Source: Ruditapes philippinarum (taxonomy: Eukaryota). From it: 64,000 nucleotides of DNA. The stretch spans positions 186,001 through 250,000 of the forward strand of contig NW_026855379.1 of assembly GCF_026571515.1 (NCBI RefSeq). The letters run 5' to 3'. Positions 23,791-37,149 of the stretch are shown piece after piece. The notes beneath the pieces were generated by a model. It made no database searches. It saw only the letters and a program-made list of their open reading frames with translations, and had not been told where the DNA came from. Made by a program: the position numbers and the translations under genes. Each line of letters opens with the position of its first letter. The first letter of the stretch is position 1.

Positions 23791-26700
23791 GTAAATATAT
23801 AGACGCAGTGCTCCATGCTTTTTAAAACAACCTTCTTATATCTAAATTAATAATTGTTATTAATCTAAAATTAAAGTGATATTTACGGCACTATTTTTGT
23901 CTAACATTCTTTTTAAAATCTTTTACAGTTGTTAATAAAAAATTAAAAAATATTTGCATCGATCTATGTTCCCACAAGGTGTAACGATATTAAAGGTTTT
24001 GCATTTTTATAATGACAACTTTTAAACGTCATATTTACAAATAACATGCGACATCCGGGTTTTTATCTAGGTCTATTGATCCTTGGTGCTTACCAATGTA
24101 TCATATGAGCCACGTCACGACAAAACCAACATAACGGGTTTGCGACCAGCGTGGATTCACACCAGTCGGTGCTATCGCACAGTCTGATCAGGACCAATGC
24201 TGTTCGCTATCAGTGTCTTTACTTGTTATAGGGTCTGTAAGCGATCAACATGGATCCTGATCAGACTGCGCGGATGCGCAGGCTGGTCTGGATACATGCT
24301 GGCTGCAAACACATTATGTTGGTTTTGTCGTGACTTGGCTCATATGATTTTTTTCATTATTTTATCTTGAAATAACAAATTTGTTTTTCCAGGAAAATAA
24401 AGGAAAGAGGGCAATTCATTTTGTTTTACTTTTGATTTTGTTTTCTATGACAAGATTGAATGTTTTTGTTATTTTCAAATTGCTTTACGTGCCAGACAAA
24501 ATTGCCGGCGTTTATTTGACATTTGCATGCTTGATATTAAAGACAGACGCATTTATATCCGAATAAAGGCGTTAGTCGAAATATTGAAAGATTTATGATT
24601 GTTACGCATGTGATTTCGAAAATGTTACATGTTAAACTAATTTCAAATAACATTGAATGCATCGATCATAAGTTACCATTTTACATTGACTTATATCACA
24701 CGATCTAAAGCAAGAAATATTGGCGGCGTTGCCTAGTGGTTAACGCGTCGGGCTAGTAATCTTAGGATTGTTGACCGCTTGGGTTCAAACCCTGTTAAGG
24801 GCAAACCGATGTTTCCTTGAGCAAGAAACTTTAAATTCATTGTTAAGAACTGGTTTGTTCTAGGAACGGATTCGAGAGTATTTCAATAAGCTTATAGCTT
24901 CCTACAAAATCGAACTAAAATAAATTCGTACAAACTAAACCATCAGCAAAATCGTCGTTTGTTAAACTTGCTTTCGTATAGAAAAAATACAGAATAGTTA
25001 TATTAAATGGAAAACAAAATATGTTCTTCCTGGTTTTAGAACTTCTAAAAAGAAGGTTTGAAAAAAGAAGTAAAAACAAAATAAACATATATCCTCAATC
25101 CTTATTGGACAATTCACTTAAACATAAAATACCAAAGTATGATATCTTCTTTTCTTATGTTTCAGTTGGTTGTACAAAATTCATGTTTGAGGGAAAAGGT
25201 GACTTTCGAGTACAGAAGAAGATCTACCAAGCTCAGAATTCTAAACATTATATTGAATCATTACGCCTGATAAAGAGGACTTCATTCTACAAATGTGAAC
25301 CTAAGGCTGAGAAGTATGGTAGGTGTCTTCTTTAAAGAGTTGCTTTATAGAACAGTATGGTAGGTGTTTCTTTATTGAACAGTATGGTAGGTTTTTCTTT
25401 ATAGAATATGAAAAATATAAACTAAAGTTCATATCTATAGCGTTGTTTCGGAGCTGATTTATTTCATCGTCCTCTCATATCATCATACTTTGTCGTGCCA
25501 TACCTTTATATCATGTCATGTGACGTGAGGTATGGTCTTATTTTATCATGGCATGTGACGTGAGGTATGGTCTTATTATATTATGCCATGTCACGTGAGC
25601 TATGGTCTTATTATATAATGTCATGTCACGTGAGGTATGGTCTTATTTTATCATGGCATGTCACGTGAGCTATGGTCTTATTATATTATGCCATGTCACG
25701 TGAGCTATGGTCTTATTATATCACGTGCCTTTTGACGTGGTCTTATTATATTCTGTCATGTAACGTGAGGTATGGTCTTATCAAATCATGTCATGTCACA
25801 TGAGGTATGGTCTTATCAAATCATGTCATGTCACATGAGGTATGGTCTTATTATATCATGTCATGTCACGTGAGGTATGTTTTTATTATATTATTATGCC
25901 ATGTCACGTGAGCTATGGTCTTATTATATCACGTGCCTTTTGACGTGGTCTTATTATATTCTGTCATGTCACGTGAGGTATGGTCTTTTCAAATCATGTC
26001 ATGTCACATCAGGTATGGTCTTATTATATCATGTCATGTCACGTGAGGTATGGTTTTATTATATTATTATGCCATGTCACGTAAGGTAAGGTCTTTTTAT
26101 ATCACGTCACTTGTGACATGGTCTTATCATATTCTGTTATGTCACATGAGGTATGCTCTTATCATATAAAGGTATGGTCAGATTAGGGTATTATAGCACA
26201 TGTCATTTTGAATTAAGGATATCCTGTATCATTAAATGTCATATCATTTTCTATGACATCGTATCATGTTTCATATCATAATGCATATCTTAAAAGCATA
26301 GTATATCATTATATCACACCATATTATATCATATCTCGTATCATTTCAGGTATTTCAGAGGATGGTCATTCATGGTGGGTAGACAAAGGGTGTGAAGCTA
26401 TATTTGAAGTGATTGAGTGTCCAAATAATGGAAAAGTCCCTCCCCCAGGTAACCTTCCTTTATAACATCCCACAGCCAAGTCATTTGTAATTGGTCCTAA
26501 ATAGTCACACAGTGACCATTCACTTATCACAGTTGTTACAGAAGATTACTATTTGCCCAATCAAATTGGCCTCAATGAAATTTTTGTTTATTGTCAATAG
26601 TTAATTAGTATTCAAAAAGTTTAACAGTAGAAAATAAAAGAAAAAATTCAACGGTTAATTATATGCTTCCTTTTGCTTATTCTATAAACCATATATCCTT

Positions 26701-27285
26701 ATATGCTTCCTTCTGTTTACTATAAACCATATATTCTTATAGTATTATATGCTTCATTTTACCTTACTATAAACCATATATTCTTATAGTATTATATGCT
26801 TCCTTTTGCCTTACTATAAACCATATATTGTTATAGTATTATATGCTTCCTTTTGCTTTACTATAAACCATATATTCTTGTTGTATGATAGGCTTCCTTT
26901 TACCATATTATAAACCATATATTCTCAGAATAGTATATGTTTTCTTTGCCTTCTTATAAACCATATATTTTTATAGTATTAAATGCTTCCTTTTGCCTTA
27001 CTATAAACCATATATATTCTTATAATATTAAATGCTTCCTTTTGCCTTATTATAAACCATATATTCTTATAGTATTATATGCTTCTTTTTACCTTACTAT
27101 AAACCATATATTCATATAGTATTATAATTGTTTAATTTATTCTAGATACATGGAGCAAGATCTATGAAGAGTTACGACGACGACTCAAAGCGGCCACACA
27201 GAACGTAGACTTGACAAATTTCAACCTGAACAGCGTTTTTAACAGGTTCGAGTATCGACCTGAACCGATCGTTCGTGGAAACTGA
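23682..27285 (+). CDS. Secreted 166-aa protein with one DUF3011 / ADEL-type lectin-like domain; exons 23682-23790, 25166-25318, 26350-26448, 27146-27285
   Basis: Three phase-1 GT-AG introns give 501 nt in frame: MKCEEILVAVVLLCIVDRLDA (signal peptide) DHPKDKLAKDPKMPR-VGCTKFMFEGKGDFRVQKKIYQAQNSKHYIESLRLIKRTSFYKCEPKAEKY-GISEDGHSWWVDKGCEAIFEVIECPNNGKVPPP-DTWSKIYEELRRRLKAATQNVDLTNFNLNSVFNRFEYRPEPIVRGN*. The S..C...YG.....WVDxGCxAxFxV pattern matches DUF3011/ADEL as recalled. Confidence 0.8.
24107..24341. mobile_element. Sola2-like MITE copy 8 (intronic)
   Basis: GAG..CTC termini, ATAT TSD. Confidence 0.85.
24722..24940 (+). mobile_element. tRNA-derived CORE-type SINE (intronic)
   Basis: A box ttgcctagtgg, B box gggttcaaacc, CORE-like tccttgagcaagaaacttta, (actaa)-type tail. 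Confidence 0.75.
25166..25318 (+). CDS. ADEL/DUF3011-like gene coding exon 2
   Basis: tttcag acceptor, tatg|gtaggt donor, frame of ORF 25021-25335. Confidence 0.8.
25505..26170. repeat. ~35-bp minisatellite carrying CACGTG E-boxes (intron 2)
   Basis: Unit tcatgtcacgtgaggtatggtcttattatat. Confidence 0.9.
26350..26448 (+). CDS. ADEL/DUF3011-like gene coding exon 3 (WWVDKGCEAIFEV)
   Basis: tttcag acceptor, ccag|gtaacc donor. Confidence 0.82.
26658..27125. repeat. ~48-bp AT-rich minisatellite (intron 3)
   Basis: Unit ttatatgcttccttttgccttactataaaccatatattcttatagta, ~10 copies. Confidence 0.9.
27146..27285 (+). CDS. ADEL/DUF3011-like gene terminal coding exon
   Basis: ttctag acceptor, stop TGA 27283-27285, AATAAA at ~27490 and ~27593. 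Confidence 0.75.
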
Positions 27286-29072
27286 TTGGATTGTCTTGAC
27301 ATGCAGATATTTTTGTACATATTGTCCGTATTGGCTCTCATTTCAAACTTGTGTTTGTTATCCGGGATAAAACTCACACAGTTCAAATATACATACATGT
27401 AATTCATATAATTGGCCATCGTGTTCATTTTTGCACGTTCGAGCGTTTACTTGTTTCATGAATCCAATATTAAATGCTGAAACATCAATAATAAACGAAT
27501 GCTTTATGTTTAAAATCTTGGTTATGATTGATATTGTGCATAAACAAGTGCTACAACTGGGGTTGGAATTAGAAATCATAATATGATTTATAAATAAAAG
27601 AGAAACGACAGATGGTCTGCTGTTTCTTCTCTTTACTGATGTGTTCTAAAAATGTTGTTGTGCAAAGTCATAGTGATTATGAAATAAATGATTTTCAGTA
27701 AAACCAGAGACAAATCAAAGGATTGCAAGTTTGTTTCATTCCCTGCCATACCATTACTCCAACAAAGGCGCTGTCTTCTATTTAGAGTCATATGAATGGA
27801 TTTCCCGGGGACAGGGGTGACGGGGGCTATAAACAAACGCCATGTCATGCGTCCTGCAGATTATTTCACACTGTTTTAAAGAGTCGAACATAAACGAAAC
27901 CACAAAGTACGCCCACTTTCCCCGTTTACTCATGTGCATGAAAATAGCCGAATCTATTTAACTACATATTTAACCGCTAACGATTGAATTGTTTGTTTAT
28001 AATAAATGTTTGTCCAAATATTTTAGATAATAAATTTCGATTCTTCTTTTCGGATCGTTATTTCCAAAGGTGTTGCAAATCTGTGGATTCGGGTTATTCG
28101 TATCATCAAAACGTTGTCATTAAAATTTTGATTGGAATAAACTTCAATTACTTAAATGTTTTGCTTTTTTATATTTATGTGACCAAACTATTTATAATTA
28201 TTTAAAACTTTTTGTTGTTTATTCAGATTTTAAAATTACATTGCAGGCTTAATGAGCTTATATTTTAATCGAAATTTTTTCCTTGCCAAACTCTTTACTG
28301 ACATGTAGAAAACTTGAATTTGCATAAAATATCGTAATAATAGTTAACATAATGTAAGAAAAAAGTTACACGGTTTTGTTTCTGTCGAATTTAGAAAGGC
28401 TTATTTTTTTACACATTTTGACCGTTGTAATTTGTTTAGGACGGGATGTAATATTTTATAAAACATTGGTTATCAAATTAAAAAAAAAAACAAAAAAAAA
28501 AAACACTAATAAAAAAGGGGATTGTACAAAAATGTGTGGTAACAAAATTACCATCCAGATGCCGTGAAAATGGTTTCTTACTAAAATTGCCTGTCATAGT
28601 CAACATTCAACATACATTCAGGTAACGTCCTATAGTATAAGTTCCGTCCATTTTTTGTAAGTCCTTAAAACATTAAAACATAGATCATGTTAAAATAAAA
28701 TTGGAACATTGCCAAACCTTCTCATTAAAGCATTAAGGCAATGGCGAGCTTGATCAAATTTTATATGTATAACACCAAAAGTTCGAAACGTTTTAAATAG
28801 TGTTTAGATAAATAATCAAAGTATCTTACTAACCTTCTATCACAAAATAAATACCCACAAATAGTAGTAGCAAACCAAACATATTCGTTTTACAAATGAC
28901 TAAGTCTTATAATGATTCGTAAAGTTTTCATCTTTTTGTCGTCTTGAAGAATTTCCAAAAGGTCTGCAAACCTATATATTCCTGCAGAGGTTATAGTAGA
29001 TTAAAATCAATTATCATATATTGTCGCGATAAAGGTACGGCAACATTTATTTGTTGATGTCGTGTTAGAATC

Positions 29073-29245
29073 GAAATAATATATCCCAAACAGTGATTTT
29101 ATCGCTTGATAAAATCACTGTTTGTCGTCCGGATGCGCATCATTACATCACTCGGGCTACGCCCTCGTGATATAATTCCTCGCATCCGAACTCCAAACAG
29201 TGATGTTCTTGAGCGATAAAATCACTGTTTGGGATATATTATTTC
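29073..29245. mobile_element. 173-bp palindromic hairpin element with nested arm hairpins
   Basis: gaaataatatatcccaaacagtgattttatcgct...agcgataaaatcactgtttgggatatattatttc; minus-strand centre cac-GA-gggc-GTA-gccc-GA-gtg; partial second copy at 49816-49903. Confidence 0.75.
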
Positions 29246-30310
29246 TTAAATAACACACACATACGGTTCTTTTTTATTCAATAGTGAAAAATGCGGGTCG
29301 TGTTAGAATAATAATTTTGATATATGGATCAATATATAACACTCTTCATTTTATTATATTTCTTACATTTCTTATAATGCTTTTCCTGATTTTTGTCGTT
29401 TTTCCAAACTTAAGACAACTGTTTATCAACCTGTGTACATAAAAAATCTATTTCATGCATTTGTAACTATTTGAAACAAAACTGGTCAAATAAGAAAAGG
29501 ATACATAAAACACTCAAATGTAATGAGTACCTAACTATGATACGAGCATCTTAATGCACGAATGAAGTTCTGCCTACTGTGCTATCAAGGCACATGAAAA
29601 TATAACGTTTAAGATCTATTTTGTTTTTCATTTATAAAGCTTCAGTCTGCTTTACCTAAATTTTCGCATTGTTATCAATTTTTACACATAGGCTCAAGTA
29701 CTTCGGCCAAAATGCCCCCAGGATAATATTTGAAAACAACGTGTGAAACATATCTCCAATATCTAATGCATACGAGTATATAACGTTTTTGAAACGTTCA
29801 TGTTTTGCAAAATTAAAACAATTATGTTATATACATAAAATGAAAAGTAGAAAAAAACTTTAAACTCAAAATTTTCCAAAAAATAAATATGATTATCTTA
29901 AAATCTCATAGTGATCTTAAAATGACGTTAACTAATAACTAATTGGTATGCGTAACTATTGTTGTATATAAACCAGTTCAAGGCATATCTGTGAAAATTA
30001 GCCTCCTTATCAATAACATAAGGCAATGGCATATTTTTTAAGTCTGCCCTTTAATAAAAGGGCGGACAACTCTTTGTCCCTTTCTCGTAAGAGAAGGGGA
30101 ATCTTGTGATGCGTGTATGTGGTCGCACGGTCACTTTCTTTCAAACATGTCCTCGATGCATGTATGTGGTCGCATGGTCGAAAATCTCTAATATAATGAC
30201 AACGTTAACAAAAATCTTAAATACGAGAATTAAAATCTTATCTAAGAGCAGCTTCATAAGTCTAAATACAGACTAAAAAGTTTTTAAAAACTTCTTACAA
30301 GCAAAGTTCT

Positions 30311-31040
30311 TGAACCCTTTCACCATTTGCAATGTTATCAACAGGAGTCACTCTTAGTAACTCTATTTGTAGTGCAAAGTAACCTCCTGTTTGGATCCCT
30401 GACACCATAAGCAATGCATTCAGGGGAGGTCATTCTAACTGATTCTTTTTTAAACGCAACAGTAACCTCCATTTTGAATTCTTACGTCATTTGTAATGTT
30501 TTGAGGGGAGATCACTCTAATCGACTCTTTGTAAGCGCAACAATAACCTCCCTTTGAACCTTAACGGCCTTTGCAATGTTATCAGGGGAGGCCATTCAAA
30601 TCAACTTTTTTTGAGTGCAACAGTTTGCTCCCTTTGAACACTTACGCCATTTGCAATGTTATCAAGGGAGGTCATTCTAACCGACTCCTTTTAACGCAAC
30701 AGTTACCTCCTTTTTTTGAACCCCTACGCCATTTGCAATGTTAACAGGGGACGTCACTCTAATCGACTCTTTTTTAGTGCAACAGTTACTACCCTTTGAA
30801 CCCTTACGTCATTTGCAATGTAAACGGGGGACGTCACTCTAATCGACTCTTTTTTAGTGCAGCAGTTACCTCCCATTGAACCCTCACGCCAATTGCAATG
30901 TTAGCACGGGACCTCACTGTAATCGACTCTTTTTTTAGTGCAACAGTTACCTCCCTTTGAGCCTTCACGCCACTTGCAATATATACAGGGACATAACTCT
31001 AATCAACTCTTTTTGAGCGCAACAGTTACCTCCCTTTGTT
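30311..31040. repeat. ~87-bp tandem repeat, ~8 units
   Basis: ttgaacccttacgccatttgcaatgtt..gggg..gtcactctaatcgactctttt..gtgcaacagttacctccc recurs. Confidence 0.9.
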
Positions 31041-32423
31041 ACATTCACAATAAAAGAAATAAAAGAATAATATGACGGTAAAATTGAACTGTGACGAAAA
31101 AATTGAGTACGAAATAAATTGTTTTGTTTGCAGTTCTTAATTACTTCTTCATTACGTTCAAAGAATTTTCTTCATATCTAATATGAAAAAGACAAAGCCT
31201 CAAAGCGGGCTCGATGTACTTTTAACGTGAAATAGTATGAAATAATCGCTCATTTTTATTTTACATTTTCCGTTTTAAAATTGTCATTCGGTATTTTATA
31301 CACTGCTTCCGTTTATTCTGGTTCCCTGTCCTATTAAATGAATAAAATTAATATATTTTATCATTTATGCTACGTGAATTACCTTAATTTACAGAAAGAA
31401 AGAAGGAATCGGCTCGTCTGTTGGACGAGTGCATGTGACGTCACACGTACTGTGTTAAATATGGCTCCGCCCCTCTATTTTTTTTCTGTTTTTTTTTTCT
31501 TATTAGTGTTTTGTTTGTTGAAAAAAGAGGAGGTAAATATACATGAAATGAAATCAAGCGAAACCTATGTACTGTCATTCGATATTTTATTCACAGCTTC
31601 CGTTATTCTGGTTTCCTGTCCAATTATGGTTCCCACAGAAGTGCGCGGGTGACCAGTCTACACATCCGTTTTCAGTCAGAATTCCTCAGTTTTTATCGTT
31701 ATCTTTAAATTCCAAAAGTTGCGATGTGTCATATATCAGTACTTCGGAACCATCACTTAGCAGGTACTCGCGTTACCGTAAAGCTCGCCTTGCGAGGGCC
31801 TGCTCTTCGAGCTCGCTATTAAAATACTTTGTATTTGCCAAAATATCACATGATTTTAACATTGCAAAAATTAAACGTATAATAGGCTCACCATCATAAT
31901 TTTTTTATGATTCTTTTTCCATGTTTTCTTAGATATGATATGCAAATAAACCACCGAGTATCTTTTTTTAAAGATACTTCTTGTTTCACCTTGATGGGCT
32001 ATTTGCCATCATCATCCCGGTATTTGTCGGAAAGTAATTAACCTGTATAGGCATTTCTGTTTGCTTTTGTTTCTTTATTAGTTTCATTTTATGGATATTT
32101 AACGGTTTAACATTGTTTACAATGACCGGGTGTATTTTTAGATATTCTTTTTTTTTGTTTTTCTAATTTCTGTACATTTCAAAGTTTGGTATTTAGTTAC
32201 CATTTAAAACAGCTAGAATATTGCTCATTTAACCGCCGCCAAGATGTTTTCACATAAAGAATATCACCACAACGAAAGTGATTGCATACAACAAAATGCG
32301 AGTAGCTTTTAAACTGTAATTCTGAAAAGTTGTTTTATAGATTTTTGCTGTGAAAAAATTAAAATATTCATATCAGTTACAGTTTAAACATGGCAACGCA
32401 ATATACCCGATGGTATTAAAATT

Positions 32424-32653
32424 GAGCCGCGCCACGACAAAGCCAACACATTGGGTTTGCGACCAGCATGGATCCAGACCAGCATGCGCATCCGCGCAGT
32501 CTGATCAGGATCCATGCTGTTCGCTTACCAACTCTATTGCAAGTGGAGAAACTGACAGCATGAATCCTGATCAGACTGCCTGGATGCACAGGCTGGTCTG
32601 GATCCATGCTGGTCGCAAACGCACTATGTTGGTTTTATTTTGTGACACAGCTC
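32424..32653. mobile_element. Sola2-like MITE copy 9
   Basis: Same family sequence and TIRs. Confidence 0.8.
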
Positions 32654-34998
32654 AAATAATGAAAACATGATAGATAATTGTTGATTGGAATCGCTCTAAC
32701 TTTAAGAAGGATTTGTTCGTATATTTTAGCAGCAAAACGGTAATCAACGATAATCTTTACAATAATATCACGTTTCAACGAAAATGAAATGAATGTTTTA
32801 CAGCTACATACACTATAAATGTGAAAAATGAAAATCCCCCGAAAGTTAATGGAACAAAAAACAAATATTTGAAAATCTTCGACACGATATGACCGGGTCT
32901 GCTCATGAGAGTCGGTGAATAAAACAACACCACTACGCCCTCTCGTGCAGGCTTACGTGGTATTCATTTCTCAACTCCGAAAACTTTGGGGAAAAATGAC
33001 ATCGAAGGAAACAAGTAAAATCAGGAAATCTACACAAACAACAAATAATGGAGACTTTATCATATTGTCTTGTTTTTTGACAATTCGACCCCATAGCACG
33101 CAATCGGAAAGCACGACAATTTAATTGCAAACATATTGTACTCTTCTGTATCATTGCATCTTCTCTTTCTTGTCTGGTCTTTGAGTTTTCGCTTCATTGT
33201 GGCAAAATATCGGAAACGCACCCCTACTCACCCCACCCCCTTATAAAGAAAACAGGAAGAAAATATTTTTGACCTTTTTCATTTTCATTGTACAACATAT
33301 AAAATCGTACTCTTTGTGTCTGTGTGGAGGGATGAAAGTTAAAAACCAAAACAAAACACGAAAACACGCAAAACTATGACTTTCGTCTGGCGAGGAGGTG
33401 ACAATTTGACTAATTTGAAACAATCAGACTGACAAAAACCTTTTTTTTTAATTTTACGAAAGCTTAATCTGCTGATTTTTTTTATATAATGGATTTGACC
33501 AGCTTTGAATTTGATTTGTACAGTTCATTTCAGGTCTAGGGGATATTAATACCAAAATATAGAAGTTGAGTTAGCCTGGTTAAACTGCAATGATATTCAG
33601 GCTGACCTTGATTTGTACTGGTAGCAAAGGCTCGACAGTTTCAGTTTCAGAAGGTAACGTGTTAAAAAAACCTGCTATATTCCTTTTCACACATTTGTAT
33701 ATATAACCTAAGCCTATCTTTGTGAACAAATATGATATAGGTACAGGGTGTCTAGAACGAAATTGTGGTCTATATCAAAGTAACTGCTACACATGTCAAA
33801 TAATGCCAATAAAACACTGTATAAACGCTGTGTTAATCATCACTATAATTAATGTCGTTTTGTCGGAATGACATAAAACATATATGTAAGTACTATCGTA
33901 CAAAGTTCGCTGTAAAGTTGCAATGATTTATAAACGTGATACAGTATCACTATGGACCACATCATAATTATGTGTGCATTTTTATATCGCTATTCATAAT
34001 TTAAGCATTATGCAGATTTAAGTAGCTTTTAAGAGATGATTTTCCAATATAAATACAAAGTACATGAAATATATATAAAACAACAACAAAAAACAACACT
34101 TATCGTAATGTATGTTATTATTATGTTATTCATAAGTGAAACATTAAAGAACTTTTTAATTACGCAATCATTGTTCTTTAAGTGATAATATACAAAAATA
34201 AAACACATTTTATCACACTTAACACGTACAAACACATGCACGTACAAAACACACGTACATACTTTTGCAAAATTAAATAACAATATTCGAATTATAACAA
34301 AAAAAAAGTCGGTCGTGTTTGCTTATATCAAAAACATAACAAGTAAAGTAGATGTATGCATACAACCTTATACCAAATTTTGTTAATGAACTAATGAATG
34401 AAAGATGAAATACATTAGGACTTAGAGGCCTTTATGGTACCTTGGTACATATACAGATTATTTGAACGATGTTCACAAAACATACACTACTTTTTTGTAG
34501 ACTTATCCTGAATCACGTTATCCTTTTGTTATTTTATCAAACGTAAAAATTAGAGCGTTTTTATTCTCTTTTTTATTTAAAAATTATGCATTTCCAAACT
34601 TGCAATATTTGAATTTCAGTTATTAAATGCGGCCTTATGTTTCTTTTTTAGTTTTGGTAGAAAGCTAAATTAGTTCGTAGAATACAATGTAACATTTAAC
34701 AGGAGCCTTTGAGAAAAATATAACAGACGTTTTAGGTTTAGTAAGATTTGAGGAAGCCGAACCATTTCAATATATTGTCGTTGCCTTTGCTTTAAATACT
34801 CAATAAAACAGGTTTACCATATTTGCATATTATTCTGCACACCATTGTCTCTTTAAGATTAACTCGGTACTTATTTATTAAAAGGAATTCATTTTCTGCC
34901 GCAATAAGACTCAAACCGAACAACTTCGTAATTTTGTTACATTTCCCTAGCTTTCATTGCAATAATCAACGAATAAATTGTATTCAAATGCCGCAATA

Positions 34999-36576
34999 CA
35001 GTCGACTCCACTTATAACGAACTAGTTTATAACGAATTATTGTTACTACCGAACTAAATCTGAAATACCCTGCGCCGATTCCTTCTTTATTCTATATTAA
35101 AACACATCGCTTAATACGTACACGCTTAAAAATTTAAAAAGAATTTTCGGCTATAGCGAACCCCTTTTTCAAGTCCAAAGGCGAAAAACACGTAAATACG
35201 TAAACACGTCAGTACATATATACCTCTATTCACACGACTTTATAGAAGCATAGCAATGCTTATGTATGTGGAATTATATAAGATTTTTTTTGCATTTTTT
35301 TTGCATTTATACACAAATTTAAGCTTCTCCAATAAGACATATAAAGATCCTGTGATGAGAGCAGTATTTCGATCAACTATCTCGTTAGAAGACATGAAAT
35401 GTGGTTTATTTTAATTGAGATAATCCTTATCCATTGTGTTTATAAGTATACATACCATATATATATATATATATAATACTTTTTTATTCTTTTTTTAATA
35501 ATAATCTACGGGAAGACCTAATTTGTTTTTCGTATACCCTTTTCGTTTAGATTATCTTGCTGGGGACACTTTGAAGGACAGTATGAAAAAAAAAAACAAA
35601 GATAATAAATTGTATATAAATGAAAGTAAAATTATCTTCAAAAACAATCTGTTAATAAATATGATATAATGCAATTATAAACCATTGTTTTCTTCTAACG
35701 TTTTTTATATTATCTCATCAATTTCAAAAGTCATACTATAAATGTAATGGGAAAATCTTATGTTTCCTTTTTTAATGTTTAATGATTTATTGTATGATTT
35801 GTATTTGTATTGTTATGCATAAGTGTGTGATATTGTATGATTTATCAATAAATGTGGTGCCTCATTTGTGGACCTGAAGCTGAAATTTTTTTTTTTTCAA
35901 TCAAGTGATTACACAGGTAAGTTATATTTTCAGGGGATAAAGATTTTGGTAAAATGCTCTAACAAAATACTGCAATACAATTGCTTCACTAGTATTAAAT
36001 ATCTTCGTAACATTACATTGTAAAAAAAATGGCAACGGAATAAAACGAAAGACATTTTCTTTGGATACTAAAATTGGAGTGCTAAATGAAAATGATGATG
36101 GAAAATTATCAAAAACGCAAACTGCCGAATAAATATGGATTAAAGAAAATCACACTGAGCACTATTTAAAAAAAAAACCCGTGCTGCTGTAAAGTCGGCA
36201 TATTAGTCGGATTTTCTGTCTTCGGCTCGCAAGAAAATGCGATTTTGTAGACATGAAGTAGTGGAAGATGCTTCATTGAAATGGTTTCGCAGAGTTCGCA
36301 GTTCCAAATTCCACTTAGTGGAGAAACTTTGATGCTGAAAATCCAACGAACTTGCCAAAAATGCTGGGATGCCATGATTTTACTGCATTATCTAGGTTCA
36401 TAGAACGATTTAAGAAAAGACACGATATAATCATCAAATCTGTTTGTGGTGAATCTGTGACGGTAGATCTTAGTATAAAGGAGAACGTGAAGACCGAGAC
36501 ACTCCCCCAGTGAACAATGAGCCAAAAGATATTTTTAACGCTGACAAACGGGACTTTTCTACAATTTAAATTACCT
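34999..36576 (+). mobile_element. Decayed Tigger/pogo (CENP-B-like) DNA transposon; transposase relic 36029-36576
   Basis: TA|cagtcgactc..ttataacgaa left terminus; frameshifted KRKTFSLDTKIGVL (HTH-psq), VEDASLKWFRRVRS..PLSGETL (CENP-B HTH), FIERFKKRHDI..SVCGES and EPKDIFNAD-TGLFY (start of DDE domain). Confidence 0.85.
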
Positions 36577-37149
36577 AATTTGCCATGCTCAAAAAAATAA
36601 CAATTCAAATTAATAATCGTGATTTCACTTAACAATATAATACGGAACAATTTTTAAAGGCATTAACTGTTTTCAAATTGAGCTCTATTAGTATTATGAA
36701 ATGACAAAGAAAAGCCAAAAACAAACTAACAAGGTTTTACAAATTTATACCATTGTTGACACTCAGTTTTAGTAATTGACTCTCACAAGGCGCAAAACAC
36801 TCCAATTTTGACATGCAGGTGCAGTTTCCTCGGCATCCAGAACACATCGCTGACAGCAAAAATGTTTTTATCGTCTTTGACGGTGGATCTTTTTTAGGGA
36901 GATTGTTGGCTGAAATTTTCGAGACAAATAAATAATATAAATTAGACTCATGGTATTTAAAACTATTGACCAGAATCGGATGCAAAAGATGATAACGAAA
37001 GAAATAACTGATCAAATTTAAAATACAAGAGCGATCTGTAATGATATATGTCGCCTAGTAGCCAATTCAGTAATTGTATAGAGAGTTTAGCATGTAGCAA
37101 GAGAGAGAGAGAGAAAAAACAATCCAAAACCCACTTTTTTAATTCAAGG

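Noticed and set aside
31430-31475. TGACGTCA palindrome plus YY1/Sp1-like motifs as a promoter
   Set aside because: No gene could be linked to it; motif evidence only
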